DNA of 64,000 nt from contig CM022665.1 of assembly GCA_012295275.1 (NCBI GenBank), positions 18,662,001 to 18,726,000 of the forward strand, given 5' to 3'. The notes under the pieces were generated by a model. The model did not search any database. It saw nothing but the letters and a program-made list of their open reading frames with translations, and was not told where the DNA came from. This document shows, in pieces, positions 52,553-64,000 of this stretch. Numbering within the stretch: position 1 is the stretch's first letter; every line of letters begins with the position of its first letter. The DNA comes from Chrysomallon squamiferum. Lineage: Eukaryota > Animalia > Mollusca. The translations under genes were made by a program, and so were the position numbers.

Positions 52553-55500
52553 TATTTCAGTTCGGTTGTTTCTGTATCTTTGCTGATTTTTAAAAAATAA
52601 AAAAATTTCAAAACCGTTGAATCACTTAAGTTGGTCATGTGACATGAATAAAAAATTGCTGGACATATTAATTTTTTTTTCATGTTATTGTCTATGAAAT
52701 TCTGTCAAGAAATGAAAAGTAATAAATCATTATCTTGACTGATCGAAACATGGTCAGTTCAGTGTTGGACTGCCAAAGTGTCATGGTGGACCAAACTTCC
52801 TGCTTAATGACCTGTGTTTGAGGATGGATTATGTTGACTTACTCTTCTTAAGTTACTTATATCTTACATAAGAATGATGGAAAAAGATGTCCCTAATGTT
52901 ATATTTGTATATTTCATCCATAATTGTGTTGAATGTCGGAATTACTTGAGATTTTAAAATCATAAAAATGGCCATCTGTTTACAAATGAAACAAGTACAT
53001 GCTATTGTATTGTATTAATTTAATATTTACAGGTCTATCAACTAGATTTTGCATTCCTTTTCATATCATAATTTGTTTTTTGGATTTCTCTTTCATTGTT
53101 TGGTTTTGCCAGAAAAAATGTTAAAATGTTGCAGTTTTCGGTCTTGAATAGTGTTTAACTGGATGAAAATAAGAACCTAATATGTGACTTGAAATTACTG
53201 TTACTTCCTTAATATTCAACATATTCACTTGATCTTTGTGTTGTTTTAAAGAGGTTTCCAAGCTCTTTCCAGTTGTGTTATTTGTTTGAAATTGTTGTCC
53301 ACATATATAGTATTTGTATATGTATGTGGATGAGGATATAATTAGTATCAGCATAATTGTTTGAGTATGTGTGAAAAAAAGGTATGTATATATCAGTCTT
53401 GTGTGTGTGTGTGTGTGTTTTAGTTTAATTAATGTTGTAGTTAATTTATACATAGATATTTTTTATTTATTTATTTATTTTTTAATGAACTGATGGTACT
53501 ATTAAAATATTGTAGTCTAAATGATTTTTTAAAAACCAGTTAGCATCACTTTATTCTATATAGGCCTATACATATGCTAAATTATTAATTGGTAAATCAA
53601 ATCATATGGATAGAAACTGAAGTCTGTAAAGTCGTAGATGTAATAATAAGATGGGTGATCAAAAGAAAACTGATGCCTGACATTTAAATCTAGAAATCCG
53701 AGACACCGGGCTTTGTCTGTATTTGATTAATGAGAACTTCTTTGTTTTTGGCGTTACCCTTTTGCAAATAATGAAGGAAATAAATTAGATTGACATCCAG
53801 TCTGCCTGTCTTAAATGAGCACATTTGTCTTCATTAATGAGTGGTGATCACTTTGACTGTGCTAATATCAACATTATAACTCAACAATAATACAGCAAAT
53901 TTCTCTTAATGGAGCTATACAGATCATGGATTTATCAAATTTTTTGGTTTACTTGCATACTGAGAAGCATGTACAGACTTGAACCTTTTTCTTTTCTTTT
54001 AATTTATAGTATTCAAATGTCCATGGCCTGAAGAGTTTGTCCTATATTTTGTAATTATTCTCTAATTAGTTTTCCCAATAGTATTATCTTTCCTATTAGA
54101 AGTTAAGAATGGTTAATACAAGACTTGATTAATAGCAAGTCATTAATTGTGCATTATACAATTATGCAGCCTGCACTGCAGAACTTTGAATTAATGTATT
54201 GGTTAAATACTGTATGAGATGACAAGGACATGAATTTTTTTTTTTTTTTATATATATATTGCTTCTTTCTTAGAATTATTCTTATCTGGAAAGTAGTTAT
54301 TATTTTTATGGTATTACATATATTTTGGATCAGGTCAAGTATGTGTTTTAATGAAACATATACTAAAGTTACATACTTAAATTTAAACATGGTCATTTAG
54401 CAGAATGGTTCATTAATGTTTACTAGGAAAAACAAAAATAATCTTGAAGTTATTGGAGTAGGATTTTTTTTTTTTTTTTTTTTTTTTTAAATGTCTTTAA
54501 TAAGAACGAATGCTCTTCCTTGGCATGAACATTGTTTTTATTTATTTTGTTATTTATTTACCTTCAAGTTTTATACTGTACCCTTTATTAAAAAAAATAA
54601 TAATAATAAAAAAAATGGGATAAAATTATCAATGTTGCACATACAGAGAACAAACTGGTTTGAGAAAGGTTGATTGTATAAATTATAAGGAAAAAGGAAC
54701 CCAAAAAATGTCCATAACCATGTTTAATGTTTTAACAGTTTAAAATTGATTTGGCCTTCAGATTCGGTGCTGTGGGATTGAATTGCATGTTAATGGTAAT
54801 AAAACAACATTATGTTGTAGCATAATTGAATACACGACTATTTAAAGAAATAAAATATTTTTAATAATGTGTGTTTTTCAGTGATGTTACGCCAAATAAT
54901 TGAGGGAGTGTTTACATACCTAGAACAGACAGAGCTTATTGATTCATGATTCTGTCATGTATTGTTCTATTAACATGTATATCTTACACAGCTAAGAAAA
55001 CTACCCAGAGTGGAAAATGAAAAAATAGTTATGATATCCCATGATTTGGTAGATTAATGAGTTGATACATTATATGAACTATTTAAGAAAGTAAGAATAG
55101 TTAAAACTGAAAATACTTCATTATAATTTTTTTTAAATATAAAAATAAACAGTCTTGGATAAGAGCTATAATTCAGAAATAACTTCAGGATCTTCTATGA
55201 TACAAAAGACTCCACGATATCTGGTATATTTAATCTAAGCAGTAATAGAAATAGATCCTAGAAAATACACTGTGTATATGTTAATCCCTGTATAAAGTAT
55301 TACAATAAATCAGGAATGTATTTTGGGAACTTCTTTTTATACTTAAGACTTACAATTTATATCTACAACATCATCTGTTCAGGTCTGTGTCTTATGAAGG
55401 TCAGATGCTACTGCATCATAAAGCATTGATATCTGGACATTTTCAGAACCGTCTTGGTAGAAGAATGTGTAAATGGTCATTTTATGATCTCCAAGAAAAT

Positions 55501-56634
55501 CATTATCTACATCATACATTTGTGTGATAGTGAAGCAGACCCTGTCTGAGGTCTAACAGTGGCCAGTGGTTAATTGGTCCAGCTATTTGGAGAGCCTGCA
55601 CTAACCATGCTTTACCCATCTGGTAAAGAGAACATAATGGAGAAACATTGTCAGATTTGTACTCCAAACCATTGCCAGAGATATTGTCCTTGACTTTTCT
55701 AAGTATCTATGTCTGACATTCATTTTAACTTGTTGTTAATAAAGACATTCTGTTCAGAGCTGCTGTGTGGATGCTTACTCGCATGATAAATAATTTTTTA
55801 GTATATGATTGCTCTAGTAATGTTGATTTAAAGTGTACCTTTAGAGCAGTGGAAAAAAAAAATTGTAAATACATTTTCTCTGCTTCCAAACTTTGCTAAT
55901 TAAAATGAATGATAATAAATTACAGCTGCCATGATATTTTGTGGACATCATCATTTTGCTGCATGAAGTTGTACTGAAAGATTACTTAAGACATTTTTAA
56001 GTTAAACCAAATGTAGACTTAAACCTAGCAATTCAACTGTCTCTTTCAGTTTGTTCTTTCATGTTCTGTTATAGAAAGTCAAAATATATTCCACACTGAT
56101 GACGTCTATAAATATTTATTGTCCTGAAAATTTGTATGTTTACAGGAACAGCCATTGTAATTCCAGATGTTTCCATATAATCCACTTTTGATGACTTTTT
56201 TTTTTTCACTAAATATAATACATTAACATAGTTATTTTGTCATGTTTATTTAGCAGACAGCCAGTGTAGTAGATATGATTTTTAAAAAAGACACCCAAAA
56301 CCCCCTTGTTTTTAATATGTAGCATAAACTATAATCAATATTGTTGACATTAATTTTTAACAGATTTTTAAATTTAAAGCATAAACATTTTTTTTATGTA
56401 GTTTCTTTATTTTTATGTCATATAGATAATAGAGAAAATTAAATGAAAAAAACAACACCCCATCAGCAATAAAAATAATAATAATGCAGATATTTTAAAA
56501 AAGTGATAAGCATTATAACTTATCTAATAATGACACAATAATAATCATTGGCTGTATATAAAAGATTCCTAGTTAACCAAAGAGAATTGGCATGACTGAC
56601 TGGCAGCTAATTTCATTTATATGGTCATTAACAA

Positions 56635-56890
56635 CATATAGGCAGGCTCATGGGTTGGAGTGCATGTTCATCAGTAAAGCAACTGGATTTTCCTCTCTGT
56701 GAATTGTTTATCAAAGGCTTTTCTTACTATGGGAAGGTTATATGTAAGAGATCCCTTGCTGCAGGTCAAAAACGAAAACTGGTTTTCTAACCGTTTCTAA
56801 AAACCATTTATATATGATGCGTTATGACCATAAATGAAAAATATACCTCCTTGAATAAAATTGTACTGAGTGCATCATTAAATAATAATA
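56635..56890 (+). mobile_element. Decayed SINE copy
   Basis: tatcaaaggc...tatgggaaggttatatgtaagagatcccttgctgc core and ctgagtgcatcattaaataa tail. Confidence 0.5.
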
Positions 56891-58453
56891 AAAAAAATTC
56901 CATCAAGACATTCAAAGGGCAAGAGCATGTTCATTTTGTTTACTGTGGTGATTTAATTTGAAACATGACAGGATTCCTCTTCACAATCTCCAATGCATCA
57001 GGTGCTGTGTTTTCAAGCTGAGACAAAGATTTATTCCTCTTCAGTGACAGGAGTTGCTCAGTTAAATCAAATTAAAACCTTACACTCACATTTGAAAGTG
57101 TCATTCCAGGGCTGACCCCTCTCAGTGATAAAACTAAATTAATTAGTAGACATCCTCCTTGCTCCAAAGTAAAGGTGACTGCAATACAACTAATTGTGAA
57201 ATAATTTCATGGAACAGTTCTGATTCAGTAATAGATTGCATAGATTGGAAAAGTGCTTTTAGTATAGTGTCAGATATCAAATGTAAGGAAGTTTAATATG
57301 ATTCATAGATAATGTAATTGTAGGATGTGGATTATACATTACACAGTATTTCATTCTTTCTCTGTCTCCCTCCTTTTATGCTTATTGAAGCATACACAAT
57401 TTAAAAGTATCACTGATTAATGTTGTTTTTTTAAATATATATTCTAAAGCAAAATGCTTGCAAAAAGAATAAAATATAATTTTCTGAGATAGAGTTTTAT
57501 ATCACAGAAATGTTATATGACTATTTCATACAACTTCCAGGTTAACATTTGCATTTAACACTCATTACATTATACATTTCAACAACAAAAAACCCACCAA
57601 AATAATGTTTTTAAATGGTATGAATCATTGAATATTTTGCTGTAGTTTGTTATCAGATTTATTGTGAGATGTCTTCTTGTGTGAATCTGCTTGTCTGCAT
57701 GTGTTGTAATACCAGTTATTTTCCAATATACCCAGCAATCCTTTTACATTTTTATTTTGAAATACAGTGATCTTTATTATAAACATAATTTTATTGACTA
57801 GTTAATTATTAATGTGACATGTATCTGTTACAAAACATTTGTATCACACTGAACTTGAAAAGCAAAATGGCAGTGGTTCACTGCAAACTGGCTTAAAACA
57901 TTATTGAAAACAAACAATTGATAATTATTTGGATGAATATCATTAGATTGGACTTTGAAATAATGATGAAAACTTGGACAGATTTAATTACGTGTTTCCT
58001 GGCAGTTTTCTCAAGTCTCCAAAGAATTTCTGGCCTTTTACAGATTGGTGAATTAGCAGAGCTGAAGCATGTTGAATGAAGATATTTGATAATTAGCTTG
58101 ACTGAAGTTTGTAATGATAAAAGAGAAGTCAGAGGTGTAATTATTTACCAGAGCATCTAAACTGACCACTGGAAGGCAGGGTCATTTCTGCCAAGATAAC
58201 TGGCACTTGATGGAGATGGACATTGTTAAATGAGTATGTAAACTTGGAAAATTGCATTGTGTACTGGCAGGACTGCTTTCATGCACTTATTCTAAAACAG
58301 CACTCAGTTTGTGAGTGGTAATGTGTAAGTGAGATGTCTAAACACAGATGTGACAGTGTATAGGTTAAACCCATTTACATTTACAAGTGAGTGGTCATTC
58401 ACCTTGAGTGACCCAAACATAAAACTTCAAACTTAGAATTTAACAAAATGTTG

Positions 58454-58488
<35 letters not shown>

Positions 58489-59219
58489 TTTAAAAACAAA
58501 TTTTTTCCTTGGTTAGAATTTATATTATTTATTTTTTTAAATTTTAAATACAATTACCATCATCACTGTTATTTATTATTATCATAAGGTTCATTATTAA
58601 TATTATCATCATTGTGTTCATTATTTTTATTTTTATCACCATTATTAATGTTTAAATATTTTAAAATCAGAAACAGATAAATATGTTTTAGAAAAAGTTA
58701 AAAGCTGTAAGAAATCTCTGGATGGACTGATAGCAGTGTTTTAAACCACACACTGTCCATCTATCACTTGTAAAAACACTTAGTAACAAAAACTAAGCCA
58801 TGTGTTGCTTCTCTTTGAAGTACTCCTAACATTCAAATGATTTGCACTTTTTAAAAGCTCTTAGAAAAATGAGTTGATAATTATTTTAACACAGAGCTGT
58901 AAATAAGCCAGCATGGAAGAAGTATACAGAGCAAGATGTCAGATAAACATTTTTATTTCTTTTTGAAAAATGAAATGGCAATATGCTGTATGTGATAAAT
59001 ATTTATGTAAAGTTTGTCTCATAATTGTAATGGCTTATTCCCATTTGGTGGAATTCCCAGTTGGTTGAACTGCTAAAACTACAACAGTCATTTTACTAAC
59101 ATGCATGTATGTGTACATGTGTAATATTAAACTGATACAATACTGTATTTTGTTAAGTAAAACCAACACATAATAAATTTATTGTTTATAAAGGTCAGAT
59201 ATATTGTTTTTGCATAATG

Positions 59220-59330
59220 ATAAAAGAAACCTCTTCTGTGTTCAGTAGGTTACTCTTATTATTAGCAGTAGTGGATCATTTACACACCTTCCCACAGATC
59301 AGAAAAGCTCATACCTTTTGTACACTGAGT
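59220..59330 (-). mobile_element. Partial decayed SINE copy, antisense
   Basis: ttagcagtagtggatcatttacacaccttcccacagatcagaaaagctcatacc is the reverse complement of the shared core. Confidence 0.45.
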
Positions 59331-62300
59331 ATATTATTGAAGACTACTTCAGCCACTAAGCTATTATAATCTGAAAGTAGTTTTAAATTTAATTATATGC
59401 ACATAAATAATCTATATTGTTTGTATAACAGACTTATATCATTTTGATACCTTTTGTCTTCTTCTTCTTCTTTCAAAAATAATGATTCATTTTAATACAT
59501 TAGCAGACTTGGTCATAAAATATTTAAGTTTTATTAAATTAACAAGTTTAATAACAGTACACTGACCATTGTAGCAGGCTGAAAATATATTAAATTGTTA
59601 TTTTAAATAAAAATGAACAGCAACAATAATAAAAAATTTAACTGCTTTACTGATCAGGTATAGCAGCCTGAAATCACATACAATTATTTAAAAAAAACCC
59701 AGTAAAGAACATGGAAACGAAACCAAAACCAAATAAAAAAAACTGATTCACTGATCATATATAGCAAGCTAAAAATGTAAATAATAATTATTTTAAATGA
59801 TAAATGAGAAGAAAAAATAAAACAGAAAAAAAAAAAAAAAAAAAAAAATTTGTCTTCTTGACTGAACATAAAACAAGCTAAAAACACATAAAATGATTGT
59901 TTTAAATAATAATGAACAACAATAAAAAAAAATATAAAAAATTAAAAAATAGAACTTCAGCTCTGTTTTGCAGTGACATTAATAACAATTTTATTGTCAT
60001 GTTCTGTATGATGACTGTTGTTTTGATTGTTACGTTGTCTGTCACAGACATATTAAGTTCAGTAATTGTGCTGTTTTTGTCATTAGATAATGGCACACAG
60101 CCTGTGTCCAACTAAACAACTTCTTTGTTCTCCTTGCTCAAAGTTATTATATCCACCATGTATTTTACTTGTTAATGCTGGTCTTGATGATAGTAAAGTG
60201 GTAACATAAATAGCTCTTCAGTCTATATTTTGCTGAATTATTAAAACATTTTATTACTGTTGTTTTGTGCCTCTTCTATTACTGCTTTATAATTGAGGCT
60301 ATTTAACACATAATGTAATAGTGTATTAATAATTAAAGTGACATAACAGTCAAGTAATTGTACACATTTCTAAATGTATAAACCAAAATAAACTTGCAGT
60401 AAGACTCTTCTGGAACAGCCACCTCTGACAATCAAAACACCTTGTTAAGTCCCTTTATGTCATTCTAAGTATTTAATATCACCAACAGATGTCTCTCAGA
60501 ATCAGGGGCCACTTTTTTTTATTGCAGTTTGTAAGAAGAGAACATGACTGGGTTGAAGTTGTAATTACAGTGTACTATTAACTCAGTTCTTTCTGAGTTT
60601 CTTTTCATTACAAATGCATCTATGGTGGTCTGAACAAAAAGCCTAAATGTATTTTGTATAATTGTGTTTTTTTTCTTTCGTTAATGCAACCAACCTTTGT
60701 CAGTAATAAAATATAAAGATAACATTATAAGATCATTAAATCATAAAGATTGACAGTTCTTATTTATTTATTTCATTAATAGTATTACTATTTTATGCTA
60801 TTTTATTTCTGTTTTACATTTCTTTTTACAAAATTACATCACAATAAAAGAGAAAATAATGATCGAGTATCTTCTGACAGTTGTAACTTTTTTGTTGGCA
60901 AAACTTGGTCCCCTGTAACAAATAAGAGAAAATGTGAGAAGTACACAGTATGTATTTAGACACTTTGTTCCTACCAACACATATTAAGTCTCATTCTGTC
61001 ACTGAGCACCTGCTTGATGGGCTCAGAACTGAATTAATTGACTTAATAAATTAGTGAGATGACACATTGTGACTAAGACTCTAAGGACAGGTTACTGTTG
61101 TACACAATTTTTATTATACACTTACAACATATCTGTAATTTTACTTTTGTGTGTCGGAATAAAAAGAAAAAAGTTCATAATTAAGATAGAGGTTAGTAGA
61201 TGATATGTAAAATGAGTAAATTAAGTTAAGTAAGAGATACAGTATTTGTGTAATTTATTTATTTTACTATACCAGTATATTCTCTCTCAAAAATACTGGC
61301 AGGCACACACACATTGTTCCATATATAAGTAAACATGTTTCAGTAACAAAAGAGAACTGATTAGTTTAAGTTTATAAAATTTAATAGTTAAAAACAGTAA
61401 AATAACAAACAAAATAACCAATCTAACTGTGATTTATTTTAATTTTTAAATGTTCTTTACTGGAAAATGTTTTTTCTCTTTTTTTTTTCTTATTAATTTT
61501 CTTCTTTTTGGGATGGAGTGGGGAGGGAATGCCTTAGTTTATGTTGTTCAACAAAAGTGAGAAATTTAAAAGAAATCAAATTTTAGTAATAGTTATTATA
61601 TTCAATTTAACTTCTACATATATTATCTCCTTTCAGTATAGGAAATAGATTAAAAAATAAAAAAAACGTTTTGCTGATGCACTGGTAAGCTTTACCTTGT
61701 TTATCTAGAAGTCAGCTGTCATAATCATAACAGTTGTTTTTATTGAAAGATACATGTATATATATTACAGCAGAGCTCTTTGATAATCAGGAAACAGAAT
61801 GGTGGAAAAAAATGGCTTTGGGATGGGTGTTGATGGAAGAGTGAAAATCATCAAATCTTTCTGTTGAATTTTAATGCACTAAAAATTATCTGTAATGCTT
61901 ACTACATTAACAGTTTTGTTTGTTAGGTATATATTTGTAGTTCCAAATAATTTTTATAATGAAACTGCTATTTCAGTATAAATTATTGAATGTGAATTTA
62001 ATGACTTATAACTGGTCACAAGAGCTGAATCTTGAAAGTAATTTATACTTTATTAAATTAGATAAGATAATGAGAAACCAAAATATTCAGATCAGCCTAC
62101 ATAGAGAGAAATGACGTATAATTGAATTTAAATATACTCGGGTCATAATCGTTTTTTACCATCTACACCTGATTATCACTGTCTGCACATCAAGACAGGC
62201 TTGTGAAATTGTGCAGAGAGAAGGGAATGAATTTTGAGTTGTCTGTTTAGGATTAGCTCTGTAAGATTCCATTTGTTTGAACCTTTGTGTACTGAATGCA

Positions 62301-62554
62301 TGAAATGATCTGAAAAAAAATGTATGTAAATTTCAGTACATACATGGAATTCAAGTCGAACTTTTGTCATTTTCTGGTGGAAACAAACCAAGAAAATGTC
62401 AGATGAATGCAGTGTATTGAGATCAACTATTCAGAACACTTTTGACATGTTTTTTCTTTTTTTTTCTTTTCTCTGTTTTTATTATGGAATCTTAGCATTA
62501 TTGTAAACAATGATTTTAATGTATATCCAGAGAAAATGTAGAAAATGTAGCAGT

Positions 62555-62591
<37 letters not shown>

Positions 62592-64000
62592 GGTGGGTGG
62601 GTGTTTGTGTGTGTGTATGTATATATGTATGCAAACTATTTTGAGTGTTTATTATATTTATTTGTACTGCTTCTCAACAATAATAATAAAAACATTAACA
62701 GCTTTATTTTTCATAAATTGCTTGTCTTCCATTTAGGAACAGTATAAATTAAAATACTGTGTAAATCAATAGAATATGTTATCTACTTATGTATGTATAT
62801 GTATGTGTGTGTATGCATGTGTGTTTGCATGCATCCATGTGAGTATATGTATCTGTAAACAAATGCTGATACTGTAACTAAATGCCAAATTTCAGGTCTG
62901 TTTTAAATGTATCTTGCACATTTTATCTTTAATGTGATACAAATAAATTCCAATGAAAGCAACAACCCAAATCTTTTAGATAAGTATCAAAGGAAAACTG
63001 ACAATGACTACTACACACACACCTTTACTGGGCTGATTATATTAATAAATATTTATATGTTTAACATAGAAATTCCATTTATTATTAAAACAGTAGTTAC
63101 ATGAATTTGTATTAAACAAAAACAATGAACAACAGTAAAAATAAATCACTTTATGTATAAAAGTAGAAAAACTAAATTATAAAAATATATGTGTATATGG
63201 CTTATTGATAGATTAATCTAAAAACTGTACAGAACTTAAATTACACAAATTAAAATAATTTTATTAATTTAAATATAAATTATTTTACTTTGTGTAATTT
63301 ATGTTCTGTACAAATTTTAGATTAATCTATCAGTAAGCCTCGTATATAGATATATATATACTTTTCTGCTTTTATACATAAAGTGATTTATTTTTACTGT
63401 TGTTCATTATTTTTAATGGAATATTTTGGTGTTTGTTTTAATGATAATGCAGCAGATATTTTACAAAATGTATTTCAGCATTTGTTTTTAAAAATAAAAT
63501 ACTGGAATTTTCAGGCAAACTTCGTTATAATGATTAAACAAATTAATTTTATAGTTTTCATTTTAATAATAAAAGGATTACAGCAGAATGTATCGGAATG
63601 GTTAAATAGTTTATATTTATAAGGATTATAAAAAACTGTTTTTCAAATGCCAAGATTTTTCCAGCAGAAATAAGTATATAATAGTACTTTGAAATTTTTA
63701 GCAAGTATTTTTAAATGATAAAAATGTCAAATCTTTACTTTCAATATTTTGTCACCAACAGGTCATCAACCTCTCTACACAGCTGTTTGTTCAAATAAAT
63801 CTTTTTTGTTCTTTTTTCTTTTTTCTTGTTTTCTCTTTCTCTGTCTCAGCATTTTTCATCATATTTGGTTTCTGGTGATGTTATCACTTATAGATACTTA
63901 ATACCAAGTGTAAAGCCACAACAGTTAAATGCAGTGTTGGTTTGTATTGTTTGCATGACAAGTTTGAACTGGCTTCACATATTTTGTCAATTATATTTGT

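Noticed and set aside
60397-60575. Possible decayed Tc1/mariner MITE
   Set aside because: Only a vague CAGTA...C(A)GTGTA resemblance, and the TIRs do not match convincingly.
60904-60920. miR-133-like seed TTGGTCCCCT and similar short microRNA seed matches elsewhere
   Set aside because: Similarity stops after the seed and no precursor hairpin is evident.
63762-63880. Possible next exon of gene 3 after ccaacAG
   Set aside because: The phase-0 reading runs into T-rich low-complexity sequence with no coding character. The true next exon is probably beyond the window or unrecognised.

Overview
AT-rich, microsatellite-dense animal genomic DNA with spliceosomal introns. It is not prokaryotic. The decayed SINE family and the patchy CpG depletion suggest a mollusc, probably a gastropod, but this is inference. 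Three protein-coding loci can be built by hand with canonical GT-AG sites and consistent phases. (1) The last six exons (1660-7164, +) of a protein with a terminal ankyrin repeat, an IQ motif and a long disordered tail, an inversin-like architecture. (2) A convergent 444-aa orphan ORF with no coding introns (9334-10668, -), a probable 5'UTR intron and an RFX/X-box-like promoter element. (3) A divergent large-intron gene starting at about 16453 (+), with exons at 16453-16536, 24415-24493 and 47255-47808, continuing past the window. Its two conserved-looking blocks (MLKFLTQKLKSQSINEV and RKRHR...RPCLDFEKMQ) resemble the FAM53/Simplet/DNTNP family. The rest is intronic or intergenic: TA-flanked Tc1/mariner-pogo MITEs, a Tigger remnant, a MULE remnant, a hAT MITE, a foldback element, decayed SINE copies, and mini- and microsatellites. 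Most short ORFs in the supplied track are repeat artefacts. Family assignments come from recalled motifs, not database searches. I found no convincing wholly new multi-gene system. The best lead is the invertebrate FAM53-like gene with its degron, repeated acidic motif and possible alternative first exon.
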